NCBI GenBank assembly: GCA_019429055.1
Contig: JAHYJP010000002.1
Coordinates: 1 to 58,700 of the forward strand
From: Bacteroidales bacterium
GTDB taxonomy: Bacteria > Bacteroidota > Bacteroidia > Bacteroidales > UBA7960
Length of the DNA stretch: 58,700 bases
Reading direction: 5' to 3'
Positions within the stretch are counted from its first letter, which is position 1. The number at the start of each line of letters is the position of its first letter. The position numbers were made by a program, and so were the translations under genes. Shown here one piece after another: positions 20,001-30,290 of the stretch. Below the pieces are notes generated by a model. That model saw nothing but the letters and a program-made list of their open reading frames with translations. It ran no database searches and had not been told where the DNA came from.

Positions 20001-21405
20001 TAATTAGTCCGGTTGATCCTATTTCATCGGCCATATAAATGCTTTGAGACAGAATGGAGTTGCGGGTGAGTTCAAACACCTGGTTCGATTCAGTAACACC
20101 AAAGGTTACCGGATGATGGTCAGCACCCATACCCGAGTAGTAATTCCTTACGGCAGGTGGTCCGTTGTGTTCGGCGGTTTGGGCTACGATCTCATACCGG
20201 TAAAGATTAAAGCCGGGAATCTCAGTTTCTATGAAAGTTGTTACGGGATGATTGGTTGCCAGGGTTTCGGACTGGTTGCCCAGTTTCCTGGTAATTGTGT
20301 AACCCGTTACCGGATCCTGTAAGATACCTCCGTTCTCACCATAGGTAACTTCATTCCAGGAAATAACCGTTTGCAGATCATCATTCATGGTGAATTCAAC
20401 CATATTGGGGGCTCCGGGTACGATTTCCGTTGCCAGATACAAAAACTCCGAAGTATAAGGCTGGCCCTGACCGGCCGCGTTATAGGGCACCAGCCGGTAG
20501 GCGTAATACTCGTTCATCTCTACGGCAAGATCCGAATATTGACTTGTTTCACCTATCTCAGCATCTGTAATATCAGCTATTTCGGTAAAGCCCATGGGAT
20601 GAGATCCCCTGTAGATCTTTACCCCCGAAAGCTCAGTAAGTGGTTGCTGGTTGCTGGTTTGGGTTGGATTACTCCAGCTAAGTTGCATGGATACTCCATC
20701 GTCCATTGATATGGTTGCAGAAAAATCATTTACTGCAGCAGGACTCTGCAGCGGTACATTTGTCACAAACTCAACATCATCGACCAGGAGAGCCACTGCA
20801 TAGGAAACACAGATAATGGCAATGTGTTTTGCTCCGGCAGGTATGGCAAACTCGTATCGTGCCCAGTTAAAAGTGGGTTCGTAAGGGATGCCGTTATTGA
20901 AAAATGTAAAATCAGCAGGATTGCTGCCGCTCATGGAATAAGCAACCTTGAAGCTTTCGTTGCCGAAAAAGCTGAATGTTCCTTTGGTATAAAAAGAAAA
21001 AGTACCGCCATTGTGCGGAGCAAGTTCTTTGGTGATCATCCAGTTTTCGCTGGGGCCACTGTTGGAGCTGATGCTCATAAAAACCTTATCGCCTGTGCGT
21101 GGTTCAAACTCCTGGAAAGTATTTACAGGGTCGGTTTCCGAAGGGTTATAAACAATAAAAGACATAGGCAGCCCCTTGTTGGGGAAGTTGTTGAATGACG
21201 GCCCGCTTGTTGCCTGCCCGTCCACATCAAGCATAATCCAGCCTTCAATGTTGTCAATGGCAAAATCATTATGCCACTGGGCATTGTCATGAAAATTATG
21301 CAGCAAATTGCCGTTTTTGTTTTGGGTTGTTGTTTTTCCGGGTTCAGTTGAATAACCCGCACCTGCCATCAGCAGGAAAAACAGAGTAAGGGTAACATTT
21401 TTCAT
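17008..21405 (-). CDS. T9SS-secreted multidomain surface protein (two cleaved-adhesin/choice-of-anchor J-like domains, FN3, carboxypeptidase-regulatory-like domains, type A CTD)
   Basis: Signal peptide; two domains with W...D.DG / SFIVYNP / NW.I / HIAI / LLVDD patterns; G.Y....L.PG.Y beta-sandwiches; C-terminal VHPNPA...G.YII. Confidence 0.8.
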   Translation of the reverse strand: MKNVTLTLFFLLMAGAGYSTEPGKTTTQNKNGNLLHNFHDNAQWHNDFAIDNIEGWIMLDVDGQATSGPSFNNFPNKGLPMSFIVYNPSETDPVNTFQEFEPRTGDKVFMSISSNSGPSENWMITKELAPHNGGTFSFYTKGTFSFFGNESFKVAYSMSGSNPADFTFFNNGIPYEPTFNWARYEFAIPAGAKHIAIICVSYAVALLVDDVEFVTNVPLQSPAAVNDFSATISMDDGVSMQLSWSNPTQTSNQQPLTELSGVKIYRGSHPMGFTEIADITDAEIGETSQYSDLAVEMNEYYAYRLVPYNAAGQGQPYTSEFLYLATEIVPGAPNMVEFTMNDDLQTVISWNEVTYGENGGILQDPVTGYTITRKLGNQSETLATNHPVTTFIETEIPGFNLYRYEIVAQTAEHNGPPAVRNYYSGMGADHHPVTFGVTESNQVFELTRNSILSQSIYMADEIGSTGLITGLSYFSNLGTSGGTMNYKIYMSTTERQVFGPNNANAVWEYYADQKLVFDGPITFNAGRHAIEIELDQPFYYDAETNENIIITVIKPLIDNPPSGSSFKFMNTPVENLRTYYAIGYGVDMSTITTQPAAWSTEEVGSIPSIVTTKVQNYGSISGLVTLGGEGTGIENVIIEVTPVGLNEYQHETVITGADGTYSIPALLPGNYSVSFSKEGLNSHFTEITVGENQHIVLDVVLSSASPIIISGSVQDNAGVAIEGAYVKLSGYSSQNTITNESGLFTLNAFAEKDYQLNVTHPLYHSSQQSFTSDDNDFSLDPVELDLMAHKPMNVIAEIENSAGIITWERPYGFDNETMLQWGSLTQYTAWGWGGAEFTAGVRFTISDLNSIVPEGGKLTHIKAYIANHANIHLEVFEGAQAAELIYTHPEIITEEGWYTFELSRAILIDKTKELWIGIRFEPGYGAYPIGIDEGPNAPQRKGSMLYENGTWTGMSLTNKNWNIYGIVNTTVDANPAGYKVFRGLKDTNPETWTELTTQLVTVEEFEDQALTDADPGIYRYGVKADYGDDLISEITLSNDVMLDVLFNIAIKPLPNAGSPAGTYISLFNDDHFYEKTLSASETQADLSNVWLGTYTLSVQLENFEKVVMQNVGIASGQIIEVPLTELLPMPVNLAAQQDDDASVAHLTWTVHTEYTDDIETYPDFEKNNIGDYILKDLDGLPTYTYTNFTWPGAGNPMSFMVFNPFATAPPINLDAHSGRRYLVALAGPEGPGNDWLIIPAGAGKFSFYAQSLVGNDPETFRVLYSESGSEVNDFTPFENGNQIVPPDHWQEYAFNAPEGTRYVAINYISDNTYFLLLDDISYQKEYKHFLHFNIYLDGNLIAENVAETNFVISGLTEANHLAEVEAVYSSGVSERAEIQLQGSVGIDEYVSENSFTVHPNPARDRLNVNLMQDARIIIANMTGTVVFDMNIPAGENVIYPALTPGTYIIQMVFGNEVHTRLQIIN

Positions 21406-21571
21406 TATGATAAATATTGTTTTAGAAATGTTAGTGGTAAGAATTGATCAGGCAAAGAAACATTTCTTTCATGTATTAAGCAAATCAAATAATTTTTATC
21501 CATAAAAGGTTATTTGTGGAAGTTTGTTCCGGATTGATTTTCCTTTTGTCAACAAAATGGAAATTAAGGAC

Positions 21572-21608
21572 AAAAAAAAAGAGCACCCGTCTTCTGGATG
21601 CTCTTTTT
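21572..21608 (-). terminator. Intrinsic terminator of ppdK
   Basis: AAAAAGAGCA..TGCTCTTTTT stem with a long T-tract on the minus strand. Confidence 0.8.
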
Positions 21609-21632
21609 CAGAAATATTGATTTGCCTATTGC

Positions 21633-24398
21633 TTATGCAGTAGTAAAGGCAGTTTGTCCGCCTTTTGCAGCTTGTCTTTCGCGGGCTACAGCCTGCGCAG
21701 CAGCAAGACGTGCAATGGGAACGCGGAATGGAGAACAGCTTACGTAATCCATGCCTACAGTGTGGCAGAATTCAACTGAGCTGGGCTCACCGCCGTGCTC
21801 ACCGCAGATACCGATCTTCAGATTGGGGCGGCCTTTGCGACCTCTTTCAATACCCATTTTTACCAGCTGGCCAACACCTTCCTGGTCAAGTACCTGGAAC
21901 GGATCGTGCTTAAGCAAGCCCTTTTCAATATAGATGGGAAGGAAAGCACCGGCGTCGTCGCGTGAGTAACCGAAGGTCATTTGTGTAAGGTCGTTGGTAC
22001 CGAATGAGAAGAACTCTGCGTTTTCAGCAATCTTATCAGCGATAAGTGTTGCTCTTGGAATTTCGATCATGGTACCTACAAGGTGTTCAATGGTATCGCC
22101 ATATTCTTCAAATACCCGGGCAATAGTATCGCGAACGATTTTCTCCTGAAGCTTCATTTCTTCATGGGTTCCGGTAAGCGGAATCATGATCTCAGGAATT
22201 GCCCTGATACCTTTTTTCTTCAGATTAAGGGCAGCTTCGATGATGGCACGTGCCTGCATTTCGGTAATTTCGGGATATGTATTACCCAATCGGCAACCAC
22301 GATGACCCAGCATGGGGTTAAATTCATGCAATGAATCAACTTTGGCTTTTACATCAGCAGCGCTAACGCCCATTTCTCTTGCCATTTCTTCCTGACTTTT
22401 TTCGTCATGGGGAAGGAATTCATGCAAAGGCGGGTCGAGCAAACGAACGGTAACCGGCAGATCATGCATGGCTTCAAAGATTCCTTCAAAGTCTTCACGC
22501 TGGATAGGCAGCAGTTTGTCAAGAGCTTTGCGACGTCCTGCTTCATCGTTGGCAAGGATCATTTCGCGCATGGCTTTGATACGATCGCCTTCAAAGAACA
22601 TGTGCTCGGTACGGCACAGACCAATACCTTTTGCGCCAAATTCGCGTGCTACTTTAGAATCTTTGGGAGTATCGGCGTTGGTGCGAACACTCATGCGGGT
22701 ATGTTTTTCTGCAAGGTTCATGAGTTTGGCAAAGTCGCCGCTTACTTCAGGATCAACAGTTTTGATCTTACCGGCATAAACAATACCTGTAGAACCATTC
22801 AGTGATATAAAATCACCCTCTTTGTAAACTTCACCGTCAGCTGTCAATGTGCGATCTTTGTAGCTTACTTTAATAGCACCTGCACCTGATACGCAGCATT
22901 TACCCATACCACGTGCCACAACCGCAGCGTGTGATGTCATACCGCCACGGGCAGTGAGAATACCTTCAGCAGCATCCATACCACTGAGGTCTTCTGGAGA
23001 AGTTTCAACTCGAACCAGGATTACCTTTTCGCCTCTTGCAGCCCACTCAGCAGCTTCGTCGGCAAAGAAAACAATCTTACCGGTAGCAGCACCCGGGGAA
23101 GCGGGAAGACCTTTGGCAATAGCCTTGGCTTTTTGTTCTTCAGCAATATCAAATACAGGGTGGAGTAATTCATCCAGTTTGTTGGCCTCAACGCGCAGCA
23201 ATGCTTCCTCTTCGGTAAGCATTCCTTCTTCAAGCATATCTACGGCAATTTTTACCATGGCAGCACCGGTGCGTTTTCCGCTGCGGGTTTGAAGCATCCA
23301 GAAACGACCTTCCTGTATGGTAAATTCGATATCCTGCATATCGCGGTAGTGAGCCTCCAGATTTTTCTGGTTGTCATAAAGCTCCTTATATAATTCGGGG
23401 AAAAGTTCTTCCAGTGAAGGATATTTTTCTTTTCTTTCTTCTTCGCTAATGCCTTGTAATTTTGCCCAGCGCAGCGAACCTTCTTTGGTGATCTGGCGGG
23501 GGGTACGGATACCTGCTACCACATCTTCACCCTGTGCATTCACAAGGTATTCACCATTAAAGAGGTTTTCACCGGTTGCAGCATCACGTGAAAAGGCAAC
23601 ACCGGTTGCAGAAGTATCGCCCATGTTTCCATAAACCATAGCCTGAACGTTAACGGCAGTACCCCACTCAGCAGGTATATTATGCATTTTGCGGTAATAA
23701 GTTGCACGGGGGTTGTTCCATGATTCAAAAACAGCAAGTACTGATCCCCAGAGTTGCTCCCATGGATCCTCGGGGAAGTCTTTTCCTGTCTGATCTTTCA
23801 CAGCTTTCTTGAAACGGACAACCAGTTCTTTTAAATCATCAACAGTAAGGTCCTGATCGGTTTCAGCTCCTTTTTCTTCTTTCATGTGTTCCATGATTTC
23901 ATCAAAAGGATCTTCATCTTCTTTGCTTTCAGGTTTCATTCCCATTACCACATCACCGTACATTTGCACAAAACGGCGGTATGAATCCCACACAAAACGC
24001 TCATTGCCTGATTTTTTGATAAGACCTTCCAGGGTTTCGCGGTTCAAACCCAGGTTAAGAACCGTATCCATCATACCCGGCATAGAAGCGCGGGCACCGG
24101 AGCGTACGGAAAGAAGAAGCGGGTTGTCCTTGTCACCGAAACCGGCATTCATTTCCTTTTCTACCTTGGCAATATTTTCTTCTACTTCAGCCTTTATTGC
24201 TTCTATGGTTTTTTCACGTCCTGCTTCATTGTACATCGTACAAACTTCGGTTGTAATGGTTATACCGGGAGGTACCGGTACACCAATATTTACCATTTCT
24301 GCAAGGTTAGCACCTTTTCCACCTAACAGGTTGCGCATTGTGCTGTCACCATCGGCTCTTTTGCCTCCAAAAAAATAAACCTTCTTGTTTTTTTCCAT
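21633..24398 (-). CDS. ppdK: Pyruvate, phosphate dikinase
   Basis: LLGGKGANLAEM, SVRSGARASMPGMMDT, GGMTSHAAVVARG (phospho-His), GIGLCRTEHMF, GICGEHGG. Confidence 0.98.
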   Translation of the reverse strand: MEKNKKVYFFGGKRADGDSTMRNLLGGKGANLAEMVNIGVPVPPGITITTEVCTMYNEAGREKTIEAIKAEVEENIAKVEKEMNAGFGDKDNPLLLSVRSGARASMPGMMDTVLNLGLNRETLEGLIKKSGNERFVWDSYRRFVQMYGDVVMGMKPESKEDEDPFDEIMEHMKEEKGAETDQDLTVDDLKELVVRFKKAVKDQTGKDFPEDPWEQLWGSVLAVFESWNNPRATYYRKMHNIPAEWGTAVNVQAMVYGNMGDTSATGVAFSRDAATGENLFNGEYLVNAQGEDVVAGIRTPRQITKEGSLRWAKLQGISEEERKEKYPSLEELFPELYKELYDNQKNLEAHYRDMQDIEFTIQEGRFWMLQTRSGKRTGAAMVKIAVDMLEEGMLTEEEALLRVEANKLDELLHPVFDIAEEQKAKAIAKGLPASPGAATGKIVFFADEAAEWAARGEKVILVRVETSPEDLSGMDAAEGILTARGGMTSHAAVVARGMGKCCVSGAGAIKVSYKDRTLTADGEVYKEGDFISLNGSTGIVYAGKIKTVDPEVSGDFAKLMNLAEKHTRMSVRTNADTPKDSKVAREFGAKGIGLCRTEHMFFEGDRIKAMREMILANDEAGRRKALDKLLPIQREDFEGIFEAMHDLPVTVRLLDPPLHEFLPHDEKSQEEMAREMGVSAADVKAKVDSLHEFNPMLGHRGCRLGNTYPEITEMQARAIIEAALNLKKKGIRAIPEIMIPLTGTHEEMKLQEKIVRDTIARVFEEYGDTIEHLVGTMIEIPRATLIADKIAENAEFFSFGTNDLTQMTFGYSRDDAGAFLPIYIEKGLLKHDPFQVLDQEGVGQLVKMGIERGRKGRPNLKIGICGEHGGEPSSVEFCHTVGMDYVSCSPFRVPIARLAAAQAVARERQAAKGGQTAFTTA

Positions 24399-24779
24399 CG
24401 TTAGTTAAAATTTTGATCTGTCATCTATTGAATTAATAATATCAATTGTATCCTTTTTTCTAAACATGTATTATGGCGCAATGTGTTAAAAATTGTTATA
24501 ATAGCCTGTAATACTGAATGTTACACAAAATGTCATTGCAAAAAGAAGTACAAATTTAAGACTTTTTTTGGCTGTAAAGGCATCTGATACTTTAATTTTA
24601 TATTTAATTCGGAAGAGTGGGCTCATTATGTTTTGTTTATGAGTGATTTATGAGATGGAATTTATTCAGCCCGCAGAATATGTTATCATCTGTTTCCGAA
24701 ACGATTTATTGATACTCATCTGTTAATTCCTAAAAAGGGTGTAATTTTGTGCCTTTGAAAATAGAAACCAACTGAATAT

Positions 24780-26153
24780 ATGGCAAAAGAGAAACCTTCT
24801 ATCCCAAAAGGTACCAGGGATTTTTCACCTGAAGAGATAGCGAAAAGGAATTACATATTTGATACGATCCGCAAAATATTTAATCTTTATGGCTTTAAGC
24901 CCATAGAGACGCCTGCCATGGAGAATCTTTCAACCCTGATGGGAAAGTATGGTGAAGAGGGTGATCGCCTGATTTTTCGTATTCTCAACTCGGGAGATTT
25001 TCTTTCCAAAGCTAATGCGAAGCATATCAATGCCGGAGATTCGCAGAAAGTAAGCGCCCAGATCTGCGAAAAGGCTCTGCGATACGATCTTACGGTACCT
25101 TTTGCCCGCTATGTGGTACAGCATCAGAATGAAATTACCTTTCCATTCAGAAGATACCAGATACAACCCGTATGGCGAGCTGACCGGCCTCAGAAGGGTC
25201 GCTACAGGGAGTTTTTTCAGTGCGATGCCGATATGATCGGAAGTGATTCGCTGTTTAATGAATTTGAACTGGTAAAGATCATTGACAAGGTTTTTGTTGA
25301 ACTGGGGATCTCCATCACAGTAAAACTCAACAACCGAAAAATCCTTGCCGGTATTTCCGAATATATTGGTTTTGCTGACAGGATCATCGAAATTACTACG
25401 GCCATTGATAAACTCGATAAAATTGGTCTGGAAAAAGTGAATGAAGAGCTGGTGGAAAGAGGCCTGACTGCCGAAGCTGTGGATGCATTACAACCTGTTC
25501 TGATGCTGCAGGGAAATGTAAAGGAGAAACTTGCTTCGCTGCGAAATACTTTACAAACATCTCCCACAGGTTTAAAAGGAATTGATGAGATGGAGGAAGT
25601 ATTTTCACTTCTTGAAAGTGCCCCCACACAATGCCATGTGGAACTTGATCTAACCCTGGCCCGTGGTTTAAACTATTATACCGGAGCCATAATTGAAGTA
25701 AAAGCAAATGACGTAGCTATGGGTAGCATTTGTGGAGGTGGCCGCTATGATGATCTTACCGGGATCTTTGGATTGCCAGGTGTATCGGGAGTAGGTATTT
25801 CATTTGGTGCTGACCGCATTTATGATGTTATGCAGGAGTTGGGATCATTTCCTGAGGATGTGCTCACTTTCAGCAAAGTACTGCTGGTTAATTTTGGCCC
25901 TGATGAGCAAAAATATGCTCAGACGGTTCTTTTTAAACTTCGTGATGCCGGAATATCCTGTGAGCTTTATCCTGAAGGTGTCAAAATGAAGAAACAAATG
26001 CAATACGCTGATAAGAACCAGATACCCTTTGTTATTATTATTGGGAAAAATGAAATGGAAACCGGTCAGCTGGCTGTCAAAAATATGAAAACCGGAGAAC
26101 AGAAATTAATGGATACTGAAGCTGTCATCAGTTATTTCAATAAAATTCAATAA
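24780..26153 (+). CDS. hisS: Histidine--tRNA ligase
   Basis: [49 protein letters not shown]. Confidence 0.98.
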   Translation: MAKEKPSIPKGTRDFSPEEIAKRNYIFDTIRKIFNLYGFKPIETPAMENLSTLMGKYGEEGDRLIFRILNSGDFLSKANAKHINAGDSQKVSAQICEKALRYDLTVPFARYVVQHQNEITFPFRRYQIQPVWRADRPQKGRYREFFQCDADMIGSDSLFNEFELVKIIDKVFVELGISITVKLNNRKILAGISEYIGFADRIIEITTAIDKLDKIGLEKVNEELVERGLTAEAVDALQPVLMLQGNVKEKLASLRNTLQTSPTGLKGIDEMEEVFSLLESAPTQCHVELDLTLARGLNYYTGAIIEVKANDVAMGSICGGGRYDDLTGIFGLPGVSGVGISFGADRIYDVMQELGSFPEDVLTFSKVLLVNFGPDEQKYAQTVLFKLRDAGISCELYPEGVKMKKQMQYADKNQIPFVIIIGKNEMETGQLAVKNMKTGEQKLMDTEAVISYFNKIQ

Positions 26154-26227
26154 GAAAATAAGAAATGAATTAGCGCCGGAATACAAAACTGCCCGGTTGT
26201 TCTTTATGTAAATTATCAAAACACAAT

Positions 26228-27730
26228 ATGTACTTACATACCATTCAACCTGATCATCTTGATTTTGAAGCGATCAGAAAGATTTTTGCCCAACCGTCGC
26301 AACTTCAGTTATCAGAAGCGTCAGCAGACCTGATAAAATCATGCAGAAAATACCTGGATGAAAAAATTGCAGGCCAGAAGGAACCGGTGTATGGTGTAAC
26401 CACGGGATTTGGATCGCTGTGTAACCATAGCATTTCGAAAGCTGACCTGGGTCAGTTACAGAAAAACCTGGTGATGTCGCACGCATGTGGCATGGGAGAT
26501 AGGGTTCCAGATGAAATTGTCAGAATTATGTTATTTCTGAAAATTCAATCTCTATCCTACGGAAAATCAGGAATACAATTGAAGACGGTTGAACGGCTGA
26601 TTGATTTTTTCAATCAGGATGTCTTGCCTGTGGTATATTCGCAGGGTTCGCTGGGTGCATCAGGCGACCTTTCGCCGCTGGCTCATCTTAGCTTGCCATT
26701 GCTTGGACTGGGTGAAGTGGTGTTTGAGAATAAAATAGTTTCTGCTTCAGATGTTTATAATAAATTCGGATGGGAACCCATTGAGCTGGCATCAAAAGAA
26801 GGCCTTGCCTTACTGAACGGAACCCAGTTTATGGGTGCGTACGGTGTTTATATTTTACTCAGGACATTTGAACTTGAAGAATGGGCGGATATCATCGGAG
26901 CCCTTTCCCTTGATGCCTTTGATGGCCGTATTGAGCCATTCTTTGATCCGGTGCACCAGGTGAGACATCACAAAGGACAAATTGAAACAGCTGGAAGAAT
27001 TCGAAAAATACTTGAAGGCAGCGAATTGATCAACAGGCCCAAAAAGCATGTGCAGGATCCTTATTCTTTCCGTTGTATGCCCCAGGTGCACGGTGCCAGT
27101 AAAGATGCCATCCGCTATGTGGCCGGAGTTTTTGAAAACGAAATGAATGCAGTTACTGATAATCCCACCATTTTTCCCGAAGAAGATTTGATCATTTCTG
27201 CCGGCAACTTTCATGGTCAACCCCTGGCACTGGCACTCGATTTTCTGGCTATTGCACTGGCCGAACTGGGAAATATTTCTGAGCGCCGAGTATACAGGCT
27301 CATTTCCGGAACACGTAAATTGCCATCTTTTCTTGTGGCAAACCCCGGCCTCAACTCAGGATTTATGATTCCGCAATACAGCGCAGCCTCTATTGTAAGC
27401 CAGAATAAACAATATTGCACTCCATCTTCAATTGATTCTATCGAGTCATCTCAAGGACAGGAAGATCATGTAAGTATGGGTGCCAATGGAGCAGTAAAAG
27501 CACTGAAAGTTCTTGAAAACCTTGAAAAACTTCTTGCTATTGAGTTGTTCAACGCTGCCCAGGCAATGGAATTCCGTCGACCGGAGAAAACATCACCCGT
27601 TCTGGAGAAATTAATGATGGAATTTCGAAAGAATATTGCATTTGTGGAAGATGATACTATCATGTACAAGGAAATGCACAAAGCGGTCAGTTTTATCCAA
27701 AATACTTCTGTTGGGGCATTTGAATTATGA
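26228..27730 (+). CDS. hutH: Histidine ammonia-lyase
   Basis: VYGVTTGFG, GSLGASGDL (MIO Ala-Ser-Gly), KEGLALLNGTQ, QDPYSFRC, QEDHVSMG. Confidence 0.96.
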   Translation: MYLHTIQPDHLDFEAIRKIFAQPSQLQLSEASADLIKSCRKYLDEKIAGQKEPVYGVTTGFGSLCNHSISKADLGQLQKNLVMSHACGMGDRVPDEIVRIMLFLKIQSLSYGKSGIQLKTVERLIDFFNQDVLPVVYSQGSLGASGDLSPLAHLSLPLLGLGEVVFENKIVSASDVYNKFGWEPIELASKEGLALLNGTQFMGAYGVYILLRTFELEEWADIIGALSLDAFDGRIEPFFDPVHQVRHHKGQIETAGRIRKILEGSELINRPKKHVQDPYSFRCMPQVHGASKDAIRYVAGVFENEMNAVTDNPTIFPEEDLIISAGNFHGQPLALALDFLAIALAELGNISERRVYRLISGTRKLPSFLVANPGLNSGFMIPQYSAASIVSQNKQYCTPSSIDSIESSQGQEDHVSMGANGAVKALKVLENLEKLLAIELFNAAQAMEFRRPEKTSPVLEKLMMEFRKNIAFVEDDTIMYKEMHKAVSFIQNTSVGAFEL

Positions 27731-27894
27731 TAAATTCACCTTTGTTCAAAAATAATCAAACTTAAAATAGTAAAATTTGTTTTATTAATGATATTTTATG
27801 TTAGATTTGTATAACTAAAATTGCCATGAATAAATTTTAGCTAAAAACAGCAATATCCGGCAAAGATATTTTTTTAATAAAAACAAATTTTGAA

Positions 27895-28323
27895 ATGAAT
27901 GACCCGGCCCAAGTTTCTGTTGAGAAAAGACGACCTGTCTTTTTAACAGTTTTATGTGTTATTGCCTTTGTGCATGTTGGTTTATCCATTGTAATTGGTT
28001 TATTTGGAACCCTTACTACCAGTAATCCTGCATGGTTTGAAACATCGGGTTTGCTTGATCTTTTTGTTTGGGGAGCTCAGGAATTTGGATTGTTTTTTTC
28101 CGTTATTTTACTGATACTTGCCATTATCGCGTTTTTTGGGATCATTCAGATATGGAATCTGCTAAAAATAGGTGTGTGGACTTTTTCTATACCTATGTTC
28201 CTTTTTGTTATATTACCGCTTATATCACTTCCTGCCAACATATGGTTTTTGTTAATACCCAATCTCATTATTATCCCTGCCCTGATTTTATTATTTATCC
28301 TGAATTACGGTAAACTGGATTAG
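27895..28323 (+). CDS. Hypothetical four-TM membrane protein
   Basis: KRRPVFLTVLC N-terminus and four hydrophobic segments; TAGATTTG promoter-like box upstream. Confidence 0.75.
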   Translation: MNDPAQVSVEKRRPVFLTVLCVIAFVHVGLSIVIGLFGTLTTSNPAWFETSGLLDLFVWGAQEFGLFFSVILLILAIIAFFGIIQIWNLLKIGVWTFSIPMFLFVILPLISLPANIWFLLIPNLIIIPALILLFILNYGKLD

Positions 28324-28335
28324 TTATTCCAGGCC

Positions 28336-29328
28336 TTATCGGGGTGATGGTCTTTCTTCCAATTGCTTAATCTGGTCATATTGCCGGTCTTCCTTTTCCA
28401 GTTGTCTGCGATGTGCCGCACTTAAAGATCTTCTCTCCAGTTTATACAGATCGGGTTGCCCGGCATTTACCCAGGCAGTATACCAGAAATCTCCAACTGA
28501 TTTTACAGCCCTTTGCATTTGTCTTTCCACCATACCTTTCATGGCTTCGTGCATGGCATGGGAAAAAGTTCCGGAGTAAGTTATTTGGGTACTCTGTCCG
28601 CGCATTTCATGCGCAAAGATCACATCAGAAGGAAGATGTACCATCAAACTGTCAAAAACAATATAAATGGTATCAATTTTTGCATGACTTTCCTCTATCA
28701 GTTCCCATGCCCGGTCCAGGGGAAATTCGACATAATCAGCTCTTCCCACAAAAAAGTTGTAGGTATCGGCGTAGAGTTCTACCAGTCGGCTTTCCCAGAG
28801 GGCATGTATGCCGCGCTGTTCCGGTGTTCTTCCGTTGTAGTATTTAGTGGTATGCAGGGGAGTGCATAAATCTGAAATATAATGCCCGATATGGGTTGCA
28901 TTGTATAAAATTCTGTCTGCATCTTCATCTTCAAAAGCGCGGGTCAGCCGGTGCATCATCACATTGACATGCCAGGGGAGTATTCCGTAACTCTGCAGTG
29001 TATCATCGGTGTATTTTTCAACGGCGTCATTCCATCTGCGGGGCATGGAATCAAACGGATTTTCTCCAAAATGGTCAATGTCAATGTAATGCCGTTGTGC
29101 TTCGCCCACAACAGCATGGGCCCGCCTGTCAGGATCAATGGATCGTTCGGTGATGTATTCGATGTGATGCTTGAAGAAACCAATCATTTCGGGGGGCAAA
29201 GTAAAAACTGCCATTCGGTTGATCTTACGGTGAGCTGCAAAACCAAAGGAAAATCCGTCCAGGTGCGGTAATAGCAACAAAACCAGAGTAAGCAGGAAAG
29301 GGATTATATGTTTGTTTTTCAATAGCAT
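28336..29328 (-). CDS. Zinc-dependent phospholipase C / S1-P1 nuclease family protein
   Basis: Signal peptide then FGFAAH..IN, PD.R, HYIDID, GHYISD..PLH, GIHALWE zinc-ligand pattern. Confidence 0.8.
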   Translation of the reverse strand: MLLKNKHIIPFLLTLVLLLLPHLDGFSFGFAAHRKINRMAVFTLPPEMIGFFKHHIEYITERSIDPDRRAHAVVGEAQRHYIDIDHFGENPFDSMPRRWNDAVEKYTDDTLQSYGILPWHVNVMMHRLTRAFEDEDADRILYNATHIGHYISDLCTPLHTTKYYNGRTPEQRGIHALWESRLVELYADTYNFFVGRADYVEFPLDRAWELIEESHAKIDTIYIVFDSLMVHLPSDVIFAHEMRGQSTQITYSGTFSHAMHEAMKGMVERQMQRAVKSVGDFWYTAWVNAGQPDLYKLERRSLSAAHRRQLEKEDRQYDQIKQLEERPSPR

Positions 29329-29401
29329 ATGTGTAACTATATCATTACAAACAACCTGAACTCAAAATTAGTTTAATGGAAACACAATTGGGAATTACTT
29401 T

Positions 29402-29429
29402 AAATCCGAATTTCGAATTTCGAAATCCG
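29402..29429. repeat. Heptamer tandem repeat
   Basis: AAATCCG-AATTTCG-AATTTCG-AAATCCG. Confidence 0.7.
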
Positions 29430-29470
29430 AAACAAGGCGCAGCTGATCTCAGCGAAACTAAATTCTTATC

Positions 29471-30211
29471 TTAACCCATATCCACAATTTCTTCATCCAC
29501 GAGCACAGGAATACATTGGTTGATATTGAGCTGCATGCTGTAATCCAATATGTCATCCAGTCCCATTTTCTTTAGCCGGTGCCGGTGAGCGGCTTTTTCA
29601 ATATATGCCCGGGGATTGATACGGGCCTGATGCCAAATGTCGACACTGGCAATTGCCGAGTCGCACATAGTGTGAAAATCACCTTTGCCATTTTTCAGAA
29701 TGTAATTAACAGCTGCTCCGGCAAAAAGCGTGTCTTCAAGAGAAAAGCGGTTTTTCCATCCGGCACAGAAAACAATAACCGGCCTTTTTTGCTGCATAGC
29801 CCAATTACAGATGGCATCGAGATTCAGAAATGCTCCTATCCCCACCAGGTTGTTGCCTTTCTGCACCATTTTCATGGCCTGAGTGCCGTTGGTGGTGTTC
29901 ATTACAACGGTTTTTCCCTGGAGGCGGGGCTCCATAAAATTAAACGGTGAGTTTCCGAATTCAGCACAATCCAGTTTTTTCCCATCCCGTTCTCCTGATA
30001 CGATATAGCCTTTTTCCTTGTAAGCTATGCTTTCCAAAATCTCAGCCACAGGGATAATAGATTTTACCTTATTCTGAAAAGCGGCACATATGGAAGTTGT
30101 CGCCCTGAAAATATCCGTGAGGATTATCACTGCATTCTCCTTCTCAAATAATGGCCAGGATAGGGGAGAGAAACAAACTTCTACGGTGTATTTGCCTTTT
30201 TCGGAATACAT
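29471..30211 (-). CDS. comB: 2-phosphosulfolactate phosphatase family protein
   Basis: DIFRATT, GER.G, FGNSP, TTNGT, CAGW...FSLED...AG. Confidence 0.88.
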   Translation of the reverse strand: MYSEKGKYTVEVCFSPLSWPLFEKENAVIILTDIFRATTSICAAFQNKVKSIIPVAEILESIAYKEKGYIVSGERDGKKLDCAEFGNSPFNFMEPRLQGKTVVMNTTNGTQAMKMVQKGNNLVGIGAFLNLDAICNWAMQQKRPVIVFCAGWKNRFSLEDTLFAGAAVNYILKNGKGDFHTMCDSAIASVDIWHQARINPRAYIEKAAHRHRLKKMGLDDILDYSMQLNINQCIPVLVDEEIVDMG

Positions 30212-30290
30212 AGTCGGGTTCAGGGTTGATAAGTTTATAAGTTGCTGGAGCGAAGCGGAAGTCCCTGGAGCGTGAGCGATTCGGGAACAG

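Noticed and set aside
29471-30211. comB as evidence for coenzyme M biosynthesis
   Set aside because: ComB-family phosphatases are widespread in bacteria, and no comA, comC or comDE genes are present
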